NCBI GenBank assembly: GCA_950097015.1
Contig: CATNEN010000033.1
Location: 3,906,001 to 3,970,000 of the forward strand
Reading direction: 5' to 3'
DNA length: 64,000 bases
DNA from: Macrostomum hystrix
Lineage: Eukaryota; Animalia; Platyhelminthes
Part shown: positions 49,861 through 63,184 of the stretch, piece by piece
Layout: every line of letters begins with the position of its first letter
Position numbering within the stretch: the stretch's first letter is position 1
The notes under the pieces: generated by a model
What the model was told of the DNA's origin: nothing
The model's database searches: none
What the model saw: only the letters and a program-made list of their open reading frames with translations
Program-made: the position numbers and the translations under genes

Positions 49861-52800
49861 ATCATGGCCATGTAAGGGCTTGTCCAGTCGCTTGAAACCG
49901 ACGGCGGCGTTGGCGAGGGATCGTTCGGCGAAGCCGACGGTGTGTCCGCAGCAACCGGCGCTCGCTCGACTGGCTTCTGTCGCCCGCCGTTGGTCTCACT
50001 TTTGATGCCGACTGCACGCCGGCGCTGGCTGAACGTCTGTGTTTTCTCTTTTATCTTTTCGTTGGTTGCCCGAACTTCTGCGACCATCGAAGAAGAGGAA
50101 TCGGCATCGTCAGCGCTGGTGTCGTCATCCACTGAACGTCCGCCAGGCGATGTGGAGTGAACTCGCATGTGCTTACGCAATGAGCTGGGGTGTGTGTAGG
50201 ATTTGTCGCAGCCGCCAATGCGGCAGTAATAGGGCTTGTCATTCATGTGCACGTGCATGTGCTTCTTGCGATCCGAGCTATTTGCGAAGCGCCTATCGCA
50301 GCCGTCGTATTCACACTTGAACGGCTTCTCGCCTGCAGGGAAGGAAAGTGCAGATCAGTGAGTCAGATGCTATTTTTAGAACTGGCTGTTTTGAATCAAG
50401 CCCATGTCACACCGCCAGAGGAAAAGGGGTCAGTGAGTCAGATGCTATTTTTAGAACTGGCTGTTTTGAAATCAAGCCCATGTCACACCGCCAGAGGAAA
50501 AGGGGTCAGTGAGTCAGATGCTATTTTTAGAATCGCTAATCGAATAGATAAAATTAAACCGATAAGTCCGCAAAAACTACATATTTTCCGCATCAGACTT
50601 TAGGAAACCTTTTCACTTTTTGTGTTCAAGTGGCAAGAAAATAAAACAAAATAAATAAATATAAAAATATAAAGATAAATATAAAAACTAAGACTTGTAA
50701 ATAAAAAAGTTTACGGCTTGAGAAAGAAGGTCAGTAAGAGAGAGCACGGATAAGATCAGGGCTGAGAACAATGCCTTTCAACTTTCAGGAAGTGAAATCC
50801 TACTTAACATCGGTTAATTAATTCCTTTCTGGAATTCTTCACAGAAAATTCTGTCAGTTTATTTGTGTCTAACACATCCAGTTATGTCAGCAGCAGCCCA
50901 AAGCAACGGCTTGGCAACTAAAAACATGGCCCCACTCGGCTCTCTCTCTGTGTCGAATTCCGGACCTGGCAACCAAAAGAATCCAATGTGGCTGCTGCTG
51001 GCTGACTGACTTCTGTCTGAGTTTTATTCCAGTACGGGAACGGCACGCGCTCTATTCACAGGTAAGCAGAATTGGATCTTTTTTTCTAAGAAAGAAACGA
51101 TGCGAATTAAGCAGAAAGGTGAGACTAAAACGGTCAAAGATGTCAGTGGAATTAAACAAAGGAGACACCACACGGCCAGCCTAATTATAAAGGAACCTTA
51201 ACTTCTGCATTTGTCAGCAACTCGTTATGCAGGGGTTCTCATCTGAATGCAGGGAGAAGAGTGTGGGGAGACGCCACTTCTCACTCTCCCTGTTTCTTTC
51301 TGTTTCAACGAAAGAAGAGTCCGTCTCGTTAGGCGCTGTCCAGTCCGCTTAGTGTGTGTCGGCCTCATTATTTATTTAACAGCAAAATTTCACTGCATTT
51401 AAGCCTTCAGTATACCTTCTCGTTTTTTGCGGCAGAACCCTGCGTGCTCTGCACGTCTTCTTTTCGCTTTCTGCTTTTTAGCAGCAGTTTTCAAGCAGAC
51501 AAAGCTCCTAATAAGTATTGAACAGCAAGAGGTTTGAACATACCGACAGATGGGTGCACCGCACAGATTGGTCTATGGGCAAAACCGACCCCCAACCTGC
51601 CCCTCCCATTTAGGGAGAAGGGAGAACCTCTTATTAGGACTTCCAGCTGAATCTAACGGCTAATGAAGCTTTCAGTGTTTCAATAACTTCCATTAAATGC
51701 GTTCCCCACCACCCGCAGCGCTGCCCAGTCTGCTCCCCATATAAACTGCTCCCAATTTAAACTGCTCCCCATTTAAACCCCCCAGAGTGTGGGACAGGGA
51801 GATTGTGGGACAGGGAGAGTGTGGGACAGGGAGTGTGGGACAGGGAGTGTGGGACAGGGAGTGTGGGACAGGGAGAGTGGGACAGGGAGAGTGTGGGACA
51901 GGGAGTGTGGGACAGGGAGAGTGTGGGACAGGGAGAGTGTGGGACAGGGAGAGTGGGACAGGGAGAGTGTGGGACAGGAAGAGTGTGGGACAGGGAGAGT
52001 GGGACAGGGAGAGTGTGGGACAGGGAGTGTGGGACAGGGAGAGTGTGGGACAGGGAGTGTGGGACAGGGAGTGTGGGACAGGGAGTGTGGGACAGGGAGA
52101 GTGTGGGACAGGGAGAGTGTGGGACAGGGAGTGTGGGACAGGGAGAGTGTGGGACAGGGAGTGTGGGACAGGGAGTGTGGGACAGGGAGTGTGGGACAGG
52201 GAGTGTGGGACAGGGAGTGTGGGACAGGGAGAGTGTGGGACAGGGAGAGTGGGACAGGGAGAGTGTGGGACAGGGAGAGTGTGGGACAGGGAGAGTGGGG
52301 ACAGGGAGAGTGTGGGACAGGGAGTGTGGGACAGGGAGTGTGGGACAGGGAGTGTGGGACAGGGAGTGTGGGACAGGGAGTGTGGGACAGGGAGTGTGGG
52401 ACAGGGAGTGTGGGACAGGGAGTGTGGGACAGGGAGAGTGTGGGACAGGGAGAGTGTGGGACAGGGAGTGTGGGACAGGGAGAGTGTGGGACAGGGAGTG
52501 TGGGACAGGGAGTGTGGGACAGGGAGTGTGGGACAGGGAGTGTGGGACAGGGAGAGTGTGGGACAGGGAGAGTGGGACAGGGAGAGTGTGGGACAGGGAG
52601 AGTGTGGGACAGGGAGAGTGTGGGACAGGGAGAGTGGGACAGGGAGAGTGTGGGACAGGGAATGTGGGACAGGGAGAGTGTGGGACAGGGAGAGTGTGGG
52701 ACAGGGAGTGTGGGACAGGGAGAGTGGGACAGGGAGAGTGTGGGACAGGGAGTGTGGGACAGGGAGAGTGTGGGACAGGAAGAGTGTGGGACAGGGAGTG

Positions 52801-54420
52801 TGGGACAGGGAGAGTGTGGGACAGGAAGAGTGTGGGACAGGGAGAGTGTGGGACAGGAAGAGTGTGGGACAGGGAGAGTGGGACAGGGAGAGTGTGGGAC
52901 AGGGAGAGTGTGGGACAGGGAGAGTGTGGGACAGTGTGGAAGAATGAGCGCATACTGTAGCGATGAAGAGATTCCAAGAGAAACCCAATTAGGTCAGTGT
53001 GGTCAGCTCACCTGTGTGCGTCCGTTTGTGGATCTTAAGGTTCTCGGATCTGGCGAAGACTTTGCCGCAGCTGGGAAAGGGACAGGGGAAAGGCTTCTCC
53101 CCTGTGTGCACCCGGATGTGGTTCACCAGCTTGTACTTGGCTTTGAATGGCTTGAAATGGCGCGCACACTCTTGCCAGTAGCAAGTGTGGTCCGTCAGCT
53201 CCGGTCCTGCGGGTTGCAAGGCCAGACAGGTTGGTTAGATAGGTGAGACTGATTGGTAGATAGGTGAGACTGATTGGTAGATAGGTGAGACTGATTGGTA
53301 GATAGGTGAGACTGATTGGTAGATAGGTGAGACTGATTGGTAGATATGTGAGACTGATTGATTGATAGATGAGACTGATTGATTGATAGATGAGACTGGT
53401 CGATTGATAGATGAGACTGGTCGATTGATAGATGAGACTGGTCGATTGATAGATGAGAGTGATTGATTGATAGATGAGAGTGATCGATTGATAGATGAGA
53501 GTGATCGATTGATAGATGAAAGTGATCGGTTGATTGATGAGACTGATCGATTGATAAGAGATAGATAAGACTGATTAGTGGATAGGTGAGACTGATTGGT
53601 AGATTGGTGAGACTAATTGGTGGTAGATGAGAGATCAGTCAGTGGAGGCTGGTCATTCACTGTCAGATCCGGACTCACCGCCCACGTGATCAACGGTGAT
53701 GTGAGTGACGATATCGTGCACGCTGGCGAAGAGCCGGTTGCACGGCTTCCTGGGCTCCGGCTGATCCCGCTCGATCCACAAGCAGCGATAATCACGAAGG
53801 CCGCCGCCACCGACGCCACCGCCGCCGCGCTGTAGATAGGCTCGATAGAATGCGGGACCGTAGGCCGTCATGTTTAAATGATTGAAGTGGCTGAAGCTGC
53901 TGGCGAAATGACCAGCTGCCGCGGCTGCCTGGTGATAGGCCTGGTGATGCGGCGGATGCTGCTGCTGCTGCAGCTGGCTGGGGTGAGTCTGAGTCAGGTG
54001 CTGATGAGGTGTGTATGGAGGCTGCAGGTAAGCGGCCGCAGTTTGCAGTGGGTCTGGAGCTGCTGAGATTGGAAAGCCCACATGCTGATGCTGCTGCTGC
54101 TGACTCTGCTGATGATGTTGATGGTGGCCTTGATGCTGCTCAGACGCACCCAAAGACTGCTGCTGATGCTGCTGCTGATGCTGCGGCAGCGGGGGCTGCG
54201 CCTGGCCGAGCAGCTCGCCGTAGGGAAATTCGACGGCTGCCACGGCGGCGGTGGCAGCGGCTGCGTACTGCTGATGACGGCGCAGGAACAGGTCGCCAAC
54301 GGTCGTCGGGCTGGGGTAGGACTGGCTATGTTGGCCATGCTGCTGCTGCTGCTGCTGGTACTGCTGCTGCTGCTGCTGCTGCTGGTTCGGAACAACGTGC
54401 GGCTGATAAGAACTGAACAT
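49734..54420 (-). CDS. zic: Zic / odd-paired C2H2 zinc-finger transcription factor
   Basis: Exons 54420-53679, 53206-53012 and 50332-49734 (both introns phase 1). Five Zic fingers: CLWIE...CNRLF...[62 protein letters not shown]^[28 protein letters not shown]...[20 protein letters not shown]-like GPAFYRAY and a degenerate ZOC-like DLFLRR are present. Confidence 0.97.
50354..50530. repeat. 75/76-bp tandem duplication (2.3 copies) next to the Zic exon 3 acceptor
   Basis: TCAGTGAGTCAGATGCTATTTTTAGAA begins at ~50355, 50430 and 50506. Confidence 0.92.
51785..52935. repeat. G-rich 15/17-bp minisatellite (GGGACAGGGAG[A]GTGT) in Zic intron 2
   Basis: About 70 copies; continuous G3 tracts on the + strand. 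Confidence 0.97.
53232..53635. repeat. 21-bp minisatellite (GGTAGATAGGTGAGACTGATT) with drifting variants, filling Zic intron 1
   Basis: Tandem copies. Confidence 0.93.
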
Positions 54421-54689
54421 GGCGAGGGGGATGCTGCTTCAGCGGGAACTCAACAGGGGGCGCCCAGGTAGTTGGGATTGGGGAGGGCGGAACAGGGAAG
54501 GAGGGATTATTGTTTAGCCCTGAAGAAAGCGTCCCGCAACTGCAGTGCTGAGGCGAAGCGTAGCTCAAACGGTGCAGCGCGCAGTGGGGGTGGATGAGGA
54601 GGCCTATGCAGTTTGTCTGCGGCTGCCAGGCTGCCCGATGTGGCTCTGAAGGATAGACGGCGTCATGGCGGGCGACTCCGCCGGGGGTC

Positions 54690-54860
54690 GGTCTTTTAAC
54701 CGGCGGGGGGCCGGGACTGCCGGGCCGCGCGGAGGGTTGGCGCTGCGTGTCCCCGGCGTTGGCGGAGGATGGGGTGGCTGTCCGGGGCGGCCCGCGCGGA
54801 TTGGCTGCTAGCTCAGCCATTGGAAGCGTCGCAGCGGGGAGTGTGGGCGGAGCGGACTGG
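54690..54860 (-). promoter_or_regulatory. Candidate GC-rich proximal promoter of zic
   Basis: GC boxes (GGGCGG at ~54785 and 54846) and CCAAT boxes on the minus strand (ATTGG at 54800 and ~54819), 270-440 bp upstream of the ATG. Confidence 0.4.
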
Positions 54861-55089
54861 GGTGGGGCGCTGTCTGTGGGAAATGGAGTTCGGGGGACTG
54901 CGGGACCCCCCTATGCGAAAATTGCTATGGCTGGGCCTGCATTGCCTCTAATGTGTGGGTGGGGTCTCTGTTGATTGAAGCCGAACTAATTTAGTCTATG
55001 GTCATTAAGTTTGCCAATTAGCCAGGATAGGACTGGCTTGCCATGCGCCTTCGCTTATTTGCTTAGATAATTAATTTCCTGCTTTATGT

Positions 55090-55530
55090 TCTGTAATCTG
55101 TTCTGTAGCTGTTCTGAAATCTTTGCTGCAACTGTTCTGTATCCGTGCTGTAGCTGTTCTGTAATCTTTGCTGCAACTGTTCTGTAATCTTTGCTGCAAC
55201 TGTTCTGTATCCGTGCTGCAACTGTTCTGTAATCTGTGCTGTAGCTGTTCTGTAATCTGTGCTGCAACTGTTGCTCTGTATAGCTGTTCTGTAATATTTG
55301 GTATAGCTGTTCTATAGTCTGTACTGTATCTAATCTGTAATCTGTGTGGTAGCTGTAGCAGTTCTGTAATCTGTGCTGTAGCTGTTCTGTAATTTGTGGT
55401 ATAGCTGCTCTGTATTCTGTGCTGTAAATATTCTGTAATCTGTGCTGTAAATAATCTGTAATCTGTGCTGTAAATATTCTGTAATCTGTGCTGTAAATAT
55501 TCTGTAATCTGTGCTGTAGCTGTTCCGTAA
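55090..55530. repeat. Degenerate ~23-bp minisatellite (CTGTTCTGTAATCTGTGCTGTAG family)
   Basis: Recurring TGTAATCT/CTGTTC units. Confidence 0.85.
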
Positions 55531-56869
55531 TCTGCGTACTTAAGATAACAATGAAATACATGCCAGAATACATCCAAAATACACACTAGGAAACTCAATA
55601 GCAAGCTAATGATCTCACATGGTATTAAAAACATGACTTTATCCATTTGAATAAGTTGACTGTAACATCAATTTTATATTAAGGTTCTTAATTGTACTAG
55701 TACCTGAAAATCTCAAAACTTGTTAATTTAAGCATTATGTTCCCTTCAAGGGAAATAAATATTGTGGTGTATAAGCTATTAAAAACTATAAAATCTATTT
55801 AAGTGGAAGAGGAAATTGTCTCGTTTCTTGTCTCTTTATGTCTGTGTATAATACGGAGGTATTGAATATTAGAACCCCCGTTGATTTCTGAGATCCTGCA
55901 CAACACATCTCAGTTCATGAGCACACTATGAGCGCACATCGCTCTTATTGTCTGTCTGTTCGGCCCCCCACTGACCATCGATCTAAAAACTTTTATTGTT
56001 TGCAATTTATAGAACTGCTAATTTTCCCTCCCTAGGGATGCGAGAATTGTGAATTATCTTATCTTTTTTCTCCTTCAATTAACCTGCTCATTGTGAGGCT
56101 GTTGTATTGAGTATATGGCAATGGGATTTCAATATTTTTTCGTCAGTTTATAGTATTGAAGAGAATGCTGAAAAAACGGAATATTTTTTGAACGACCGCC
56201 ACCGCCACGCCCTCTGCCCCTTCGATTGGGAATAAAATCCCAGACACAGAGGAGACACCAATTTATTGTGCAATTATGTGAGAATTGAACAGCCTTGAAA
56301 TCATGAGGTTGTCAGATCTGAAATCTGCAGGTTTCAATGGTCTTCATTGAGTTTGAGAGAATGGAAAAGCCATTTATGGAAAGTGAAGCTTGAACATTAA
56401 GCGTAGTTGCTACACGCGCAATGGGATCCATGCAGGAGTGCCGCTTTGGGGGGAAACAAGTTGTGTGGGAAATCTGCGCGCAAACATCCTTCTGTGGGAT
56501 GTGAAAGATTCAAAGATAAAGAGGAGCAATCGAGAACTCCATGCGTGCAGAACTAAAACACACTCCCACCTTGCACCAGCTTCCCAGGACACTTACTAAC
56601 TAACCCCGGCAGAATTTATCGAATATGTATATTATAGACGCTCCCCCTAGATTGACTGACAGGTTGGCAACTGCTGCGCAGTGTATGCACCTGCAGCATT
56701 TCGATGCTCGTGGCCTTCACGGGGCTGTTTCATTGGGTGCATACCAATCCCTTCATAATAGACCATCTTAGCTTGTACTGTTCACACTGCAGTGAAGTGC
56801 GCCTTGGTCCAAGATTTAGTACAATTAAAGATTCAGTCTGTGATTCGCATTGCGTGTGGCTGGAAGAAA

Positions 56870-58905
56870 GTTAGGGTGAGAGGAATAGAGGCATATAGAG
56901 TGAGAGGAATAGAGGCATAGGGTGAGAGGAATAGAAGCATAGGGTGAGAGGAATAGAGGTATAGGGTGAGAGGAATAGAAGTATAGGGTGAGAGGAATAG
57001 AGGTATAGGGTGAGAGGAATAGAGGCATATAGAGTGAGAGGAATAGAGGCATAGGGTGAGAGGAATAGAGGCATAGGGTGAGAGGAATAAAGGCATATAG
57101 AGTGAGAGGAATAGAGGCATAGGGTGAGAGGAATAGAGGCATAGGGTTAGAGGAAGAGAGGCATAGGGTTAGAGGAATAGAGGCATAGGGTTAGAGGAAG
57201 AGAGGCATAGGGTGAGAGGAATAGAGGCATATAGAGTGAGAGGAATAGAGGCATAGGGTGAGAGGAATAGAGGCATAGGGTTAGAGGAAGAGAGGCATAG
57301 GGTTAAAGGAAGAGAGGCATAGGGTGAGAGGAATAGAGGCATATAGAGTGAGAGGAATAGAGGCATAGGGTGAGAGGAATAGAGGCATAGGGTTAGAGGA
57401 AGAGAGGCATAGGGTTAAAGGAAGAGAGGCATAGGGTGAGAGGAATAGAGGCATATAGAGTGAGAGGAATAGAGGCATAGGGTGAGAGGAATAGAGGCAT
57501 AGGGTTAGAGGAAGAGAGGCATAGGGTTAGAGGAAGAGAGGCATAGGGTGAGAGGAATAGAGGCATATAGAGTGAGAGGAATAGAGGCATAGGGTGAGAG
57601 GAATAGAGGCATAGGGTTTGAGGAAGAGAGGCATAGGGTTAAAGGAAGAGAGGCATAGAGTAAGAGGAATAGAGGCATAGGGTGAGAGGAATAGAGGCAT
57701 AGGGTGAGAGGAATAGAGGCATAGGGTTAGAGGAAGAGAGGCCTAGGGTTAGAGGAAGAGAGGCATAGAGTAAGAGGAATAGAGGCATAGGGTGAGAGGA
57801 ATAGAGGCATAGGGTTAGAGGAAGAGAGGCATAGGGTTAAAGGAAGAGAGGCATAGGGTGAGAGGAATAGAGGCATAGGGTGAGAGGAATAGAGGCATAT
57901 AGAGTGAGAGGAATAGAGGCATAGGGTGAGAGGAATAGAGGCATAGGGTTAGAGGAAGAGAGGCATAGGGTTAGAGGAAGAGAGGCATAGGGTGAGAGGA
58001 ATAGAGGCATATAGAGTGAGAGGAATAGAGGCATAGGGTGAGAGGAATAGAGGCATAGGGTTTGAGGAAGAGAGGCATAGGGTTAAAGGAAGAGAGGCAT
58101 AGAGTAAGAGGAATAGAGGCATAGGGTGAGAGGAATAGAGGCATAGGGTGAGAGGAATAGAGGCATAGGGTTAGAGGAAGAGAGGCCTAGGGTTAGAGGA
58201 AGAGAGGCATAGAGTAAGAGGAATAGAGGCATAGGGTGAGAGGAATAGAGGCATAGGGTTAGAGGAAGAGAGGCATAGGGTTAAAGGAAGAGAGGCATAG
58301 GGTGAGAGGAATAGAGGCATATAGAGTGAGAGGAATAGAGGCATAGGGTGAGAGGAATAGAGGCATAGGGTTAGAGGAAGAGAGGCATAGGGTTAAAGGA
58401 AGAGAGGCATAGGGTGAGAGGAATAGAGGCATATAGAGTGAGAGGAATAGAGGCATAGGGTGAGAGGAATAGAGGCATAGGGTTAGAGGAAGAGAGGCAT
58501 AGGGTTAGAGGAAGAGAGGCATAGGGTGAGAGGAATAGAGGCATATAGAGTGAGAGGAATAGAGGCATAGGGTGAGAGGAATAGAGGCATAGGGTTTGAG
58601 GAAGAGAGGCATAGGGTTAAAGGAAGAGAGGCATAGAGTAAGAGGAATAGAGGCATAGGGTGAGAGGAATAGAGGCATAGGGTGAGAGGAATAGAGGCAT
58701 AGGGTTAGAGGAAGAGAGGCCTAGGGTTAGAGGAAGAGAGGCATAGAGTAAGAGGAATAGAGGCATAGGGTGAGAGGAATAGAGGCATAGGGTTAGAGGA
58801 AGAGAGGCATAGGGTGAGAGGAAGAGAGGCATAGGGTTAGAGGAACAGAGGCATAGGGTGAGAGGAATAGAGGCATAGGGTTAGAGGAAGAGAGTTATAG
58901 ATGAG
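56870..58905. repeat. Purine-rich 22/24-bp minisatellite (AGGGTGAGAGGAATAGAGGCAT) with higher-order blocks
   Basis: About 90 copies; ORF motifs recur at 112-bp spacing and rare variants at 444- and 534-bp spacing. Confidence 0.97.
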
Positions 58906-60304
58906 AGTGAAAATGTCTGAAAATCTACCTCGTACTAATGTTCTTTAGTAAGCTTAGCAATTCAGAGTAGCTGAAAGTATATTTTTTATCTATAGGCATC
59001 TCCAACTCCAATCATGTTGCACGCCGGGCATTTAAGCGTGAAATGAAAGATAATAGATGCAAAATCAGAGTAAAACGATGAGGATTGTACCAACCAACCT
59101 TATTGAATTGAGTGCTCATGGACCCAGCAACAGATTTGTTCTCTCACTCTACTCATCTCCATCTTCCACTGACCCACTCGAGGTTTAATATGCTATTTAT
59201 TTTTTTAATGCAACACATTGTCATTTTCTGTATGAAAGTGTGCTCGCAGATTTGAAGGGGCAGGGTTGAGAGACGGACGGTTTGTCAAACCTGTCAATCA
59301 AAGTCTGGTAGCCCACTGTCCCTCTCACCTCTCTTTCCCTGTCTTAATAAGGCCAGGTTGTCGCTAACAATTTTAGGGTCGCAGCGACAGTCATTTCTGG
59401 TATTTAATATCGGCAGTGTTCTCACACCATGGAATGCTAAAATAGCTTAGAGATGAGAACATTGTTGAGCTCTCTCAGCAGGACAAGATCTCTCCATCTC
59501 TGCCCATTGTCTAGCAAGGAGTCAGGCGTGTTTGTTGTTAGTACCCGAAAGCATGCAGTTTCCACGAAACATCGGGTGAGGTGGCTGGCATGCGATACAC
59601 GCCGATAATGGACAGCTGCATGCTATATAGCTGAGTTGGCTGGGCACAAGTGTCATTGAAGTGTCGGAGCAACTGGCCAATTCAATTCTGCAGAAATGCG
59701 CTCAATTTGTGCTCAAATATTCACCCCACAATACAGTTTCATGTGCAGTAGGGTGAATTAAAATAAGTGAACTCTTTATTTTCGAGGTAATTTTCGTTCC
59801 ATCATTTACGGGTCGGAGGATCGGCTTGCGAAACATGGGCAAGGATGCAGCTTATATTAAACAAACTCTAACTATAACTGTTCAAATATCTCTAACTGTA
59901 ATGAAGCGCGGTACCCTAAGTCACTGTTACCGCTCGGGTTGGCCCATAGAACTGCTAATTAGAGCTGTTAGATGGCAACTAAGCTTTGGTCAGTCAACTG
60001 TGCTCATGGCAGAGGCATTAAACCAGTGGTGCAATGGTGACATTGTGCGTAGGAAATCTTATTTTTGCTAAGCATGCCGCGAGGCGTCGAAAGAGAGAAC
60101 CCTGCGATCGCTGGAGCATGCACTCAGCGCTTTGAGTTGAAAACAGTTTTCTTGAAACTGGGCTTCGTATATGAAGCCTTATGGAGCAAACCAATCACAA
60201 AATTCGTTCTTGTTTTCATTGGCAACTATGAAATTTAGCTCGAGGGCATAGATTTTAATGGTTTTGACAATGAGTTCACATCTAAATGCGTTCTCTGACA
60301 GAAA

Positions 60305-60710
60305 TCTGACAGTCTGACAGCAATCAGTCTGACAGACACATCCCTGACAGACACATCCCTGACAGATACATCCCTGACAGACACATCCCTGACAGATATA
60401 TCCCTGACAGACACATCCCTGACAGACACATCCCTGACAGACACATCCCTGACAGACACATCCCTGACAGACACATCCCTGACAGACACATCCCTGACAG
60501 ACACATCCCTGACAGACACATCCCTGACAGACACATCCCTGACAGACACATCCCTGACAGATATATCCCTGACAGATACATCCCTGACAGACACATCCCT
60601 GACAGATACATCCCTGAAAGACACATCCCTGACAGATATATCCCTGACAGATACATCCCTGACAGACACATCCATGACAGATACATCCCTGACAGATACA
60701 TCCCTGACAT
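60305..60710. repeat. 15-bp minisatellite (GACAGACACATCCCT)
   Basis: About 26 copies. Confidence 0.96.
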
Positions 60711-61429
60711 CTAGGCAGCTTTCGTAAATCTTGTTTTTCAAATTTATCCGCTCGCGGATCAGAGTTGACTAGGAAGCTTGAAAAAAATTGCTTCATCGAT
60801 CAAAGTGTTGTTATTTGCTGAGCCTAATTATTGATTTTGTTCACCTGTAAACTGGCAGTACAATTTCTTTTTTTTTCAATTTTTTTCGCTCAGAGTGGGA
60901 ACATGAAGAACTGAAAAGCAGGGGAGTTTAAGTGGGGAAGCTTTGGTTGGGAAGCTAATTTTTTCAGGTTAATTTAAATTGTTTCGGAGCTGCGGGTGGG
61001 GGAAGAACTTGAGCTTGCACCGGGTCTCTGAGCAAAACTATTTTCCCCTAGGGAGGATCTCCACTCCCCATCAGATCAGTTGCTGGGACAAAGGTGAGAG
61101 AAAAAGTTGGCCAAGCCTCAGGGGGGGGACATTGGCCGGATATTGACCGTGAGTTCACCGCGGCGGTTTCCAGGCGCGATTCTGTTCCCAATTTTTTTAT
61201 CCAGGTAAATCTCAATTGGAGCGGGACTTCCATCTCGGGGTGGGATCTCACAGTCTGGCTGGGGGAGGGGCACAAACGGGCTACTCCAGTTGTTCTGGTC
61301 GATTATGTGACAGCTTACCATTTCACAGGCATTCTTGAAATCCCCACACAATGCGAGCTGGGAAAAATGGGAAAATGAACTTTAGAAATTCTTCAGGAAA
61401 ACTTCAGGGTGGGATGGGGGACTCCGACC

Positions 61430-62140
61430 GGTAAAACTTCAGGCATAAGGGAACATTTAAAAAATTTAATTAAGAAAAAACTTCAGGGAGGGAGTCAAAG
61501 AAAACTTCAGGTTGGGCAAAACTTCAGGTTGGGTAAAACTTCAGGTTGGTTGGGCAAAACTTCCTGTTGGGTAAAACTTCAGGTTGGGTAAAACTTCAGG
61601 TTGGGTAAAACTTCAGGTTGGGTAAAACTTCAGGTTGGGTAAAACTTCAGGTTGGAAAAAACTTCAGGTTGGGTAAAACTTCAGGTTGGGTAAAACTTCA
61701 GGTTGGTTGTGTGAAACTTCAGGTTGGGTAAAACTTCAGGTTGGTTGTGTGAAATTTCAGGTTTGGTAAAACTTCAGGTCGGGTAAAACTTCAGGTTTGG
61801 TAAAACTTCAGGTCGGGTAAAACTTCAGGTTGGTTGTGTGAAATTTCAGGTTGGGTAAAACTTCAGGTTGGGAAAAATTTCAGGTTGGGAAAAACTTCAG
61901 GTTGGTTGGGTGAAACTTCAGGTTTGTTGGGTAAAACTTCAGGTTTGTTGGGTAAAACTTCAGGTTGGTTGGGTAAAAGTTCACTGAGTTCACAGCCTGA
62001 AAAGTTCAGGTTGTGTAAAACTTCAGGTTAAGTAGAACTTCAGGTTGGTTTGGTGTAAGTTCAGGTTGGGTGAAACTTCAGGTTGGGTGAAACTTCAGGT
62101 TGGGTAACAACTCAGGATTGGACTTTAAAACTTCAGATCG
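61430..62140. repeat. Degenerate 17/21-bp minisatellite (AAAACTTCAGGTTGGGT)
   Basis: About 35 copies, degenerate at both edges. Confidence 0.93.
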
Positions 62141-63184
62141 GACCATATTTTGTTTCTAAGTCGATGGAAAGTTAAAAAAATTTCACTGAAGGTATCCCTC
62201 ACGAAGATTGGTGAGACTGCGCCGCGATTGAGTCTATTACCGCGGTGTTGGAAATGATTTGAGTTTAATCGCCAAAATTAGGTCATTATTGAGGACAGCT
62301 TAAAATTGGTGACAAAATAAGCTAGTCTGTGTTCAGCGAAAGCGACCACTTCCCCAATTAAGTTTATTGCAATTTAGTGAGGGGACACTTTTGTTTCGCA
62401 GTTGAACACAATGGAAACAATCAAGATGATGATCCAAATCAAAGCCTTTAATTGCTCCAGTTTGCTGTAGATGTGAGTAGGGAGCTGAGGTGTTGGATCT
62501 CTGAGTTGTCAATTCCCCGGGGGGGCAAAGTTGTGCAATTATCTGGGAGTTGGCGAACATTCGAGTACAGATTTGGGATACGCATCGAATTCGGATTTTT
62601 TCATCTTTAGTTCGAAGTCCAGTGCTACGATGCAGTGCACAAAGACTTGGAGAGCTGAGGCTGTGACAAAGACAGTGTAGGAATTTCTCTTATCTTGGTG
62701 TATTTCAAAGCAAAATTAAAAGCGTAATGGCGAGACCTCTTTGCTTTGAGCTCCGCCCACCGATTGCTGTTTGTCTTTGCGTGCCTTTCTTAGAAATTGC
62801 TTCTAATAGCAACCTTTGAAGCGGCCCTTCTGCTTAGCAAAACACACACTGGTTAATATTATAGCCCGGCCTTTTAATTTTGGGAGTCCCGCAAGAAAAT
62901 CTTATAAGGGAAACGGAGACAACCAGACAGATGGGACATGAGACATCGCAACATCAGGTGTGTGATTAATTCACATCTGCACAACAGCTACCAGATATGT
63001 TTTACTGGTGCCAATATCTGTCGCACCCGATAATGTGATTCTGCAGCTAGATAAATTGAATGGCATGACACTGGCTGCAACATTCAACTCTTGTCTACAG
63101 GCATCATCCAACTCTTGCTCAGAATCTCATTTGAGCATAGACTCATAGTCTACTTCCAATCCTACTCCAATTTAGTTAATACTT

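Noticed and set aside
51693-53246. 400-485-aa repetitive ORFs inside zic intron 2
   Set aside because: Minisatellite artefacts lying within a well-supported intron.
57120-58900. Telomere-like TAGGGTTAG within the 22-bp array
   Set aside because: Only ~1.5 TTAGGG units in a subset of copies, arising by a single change from GGGTGAG; not an interstitial telomere tract.
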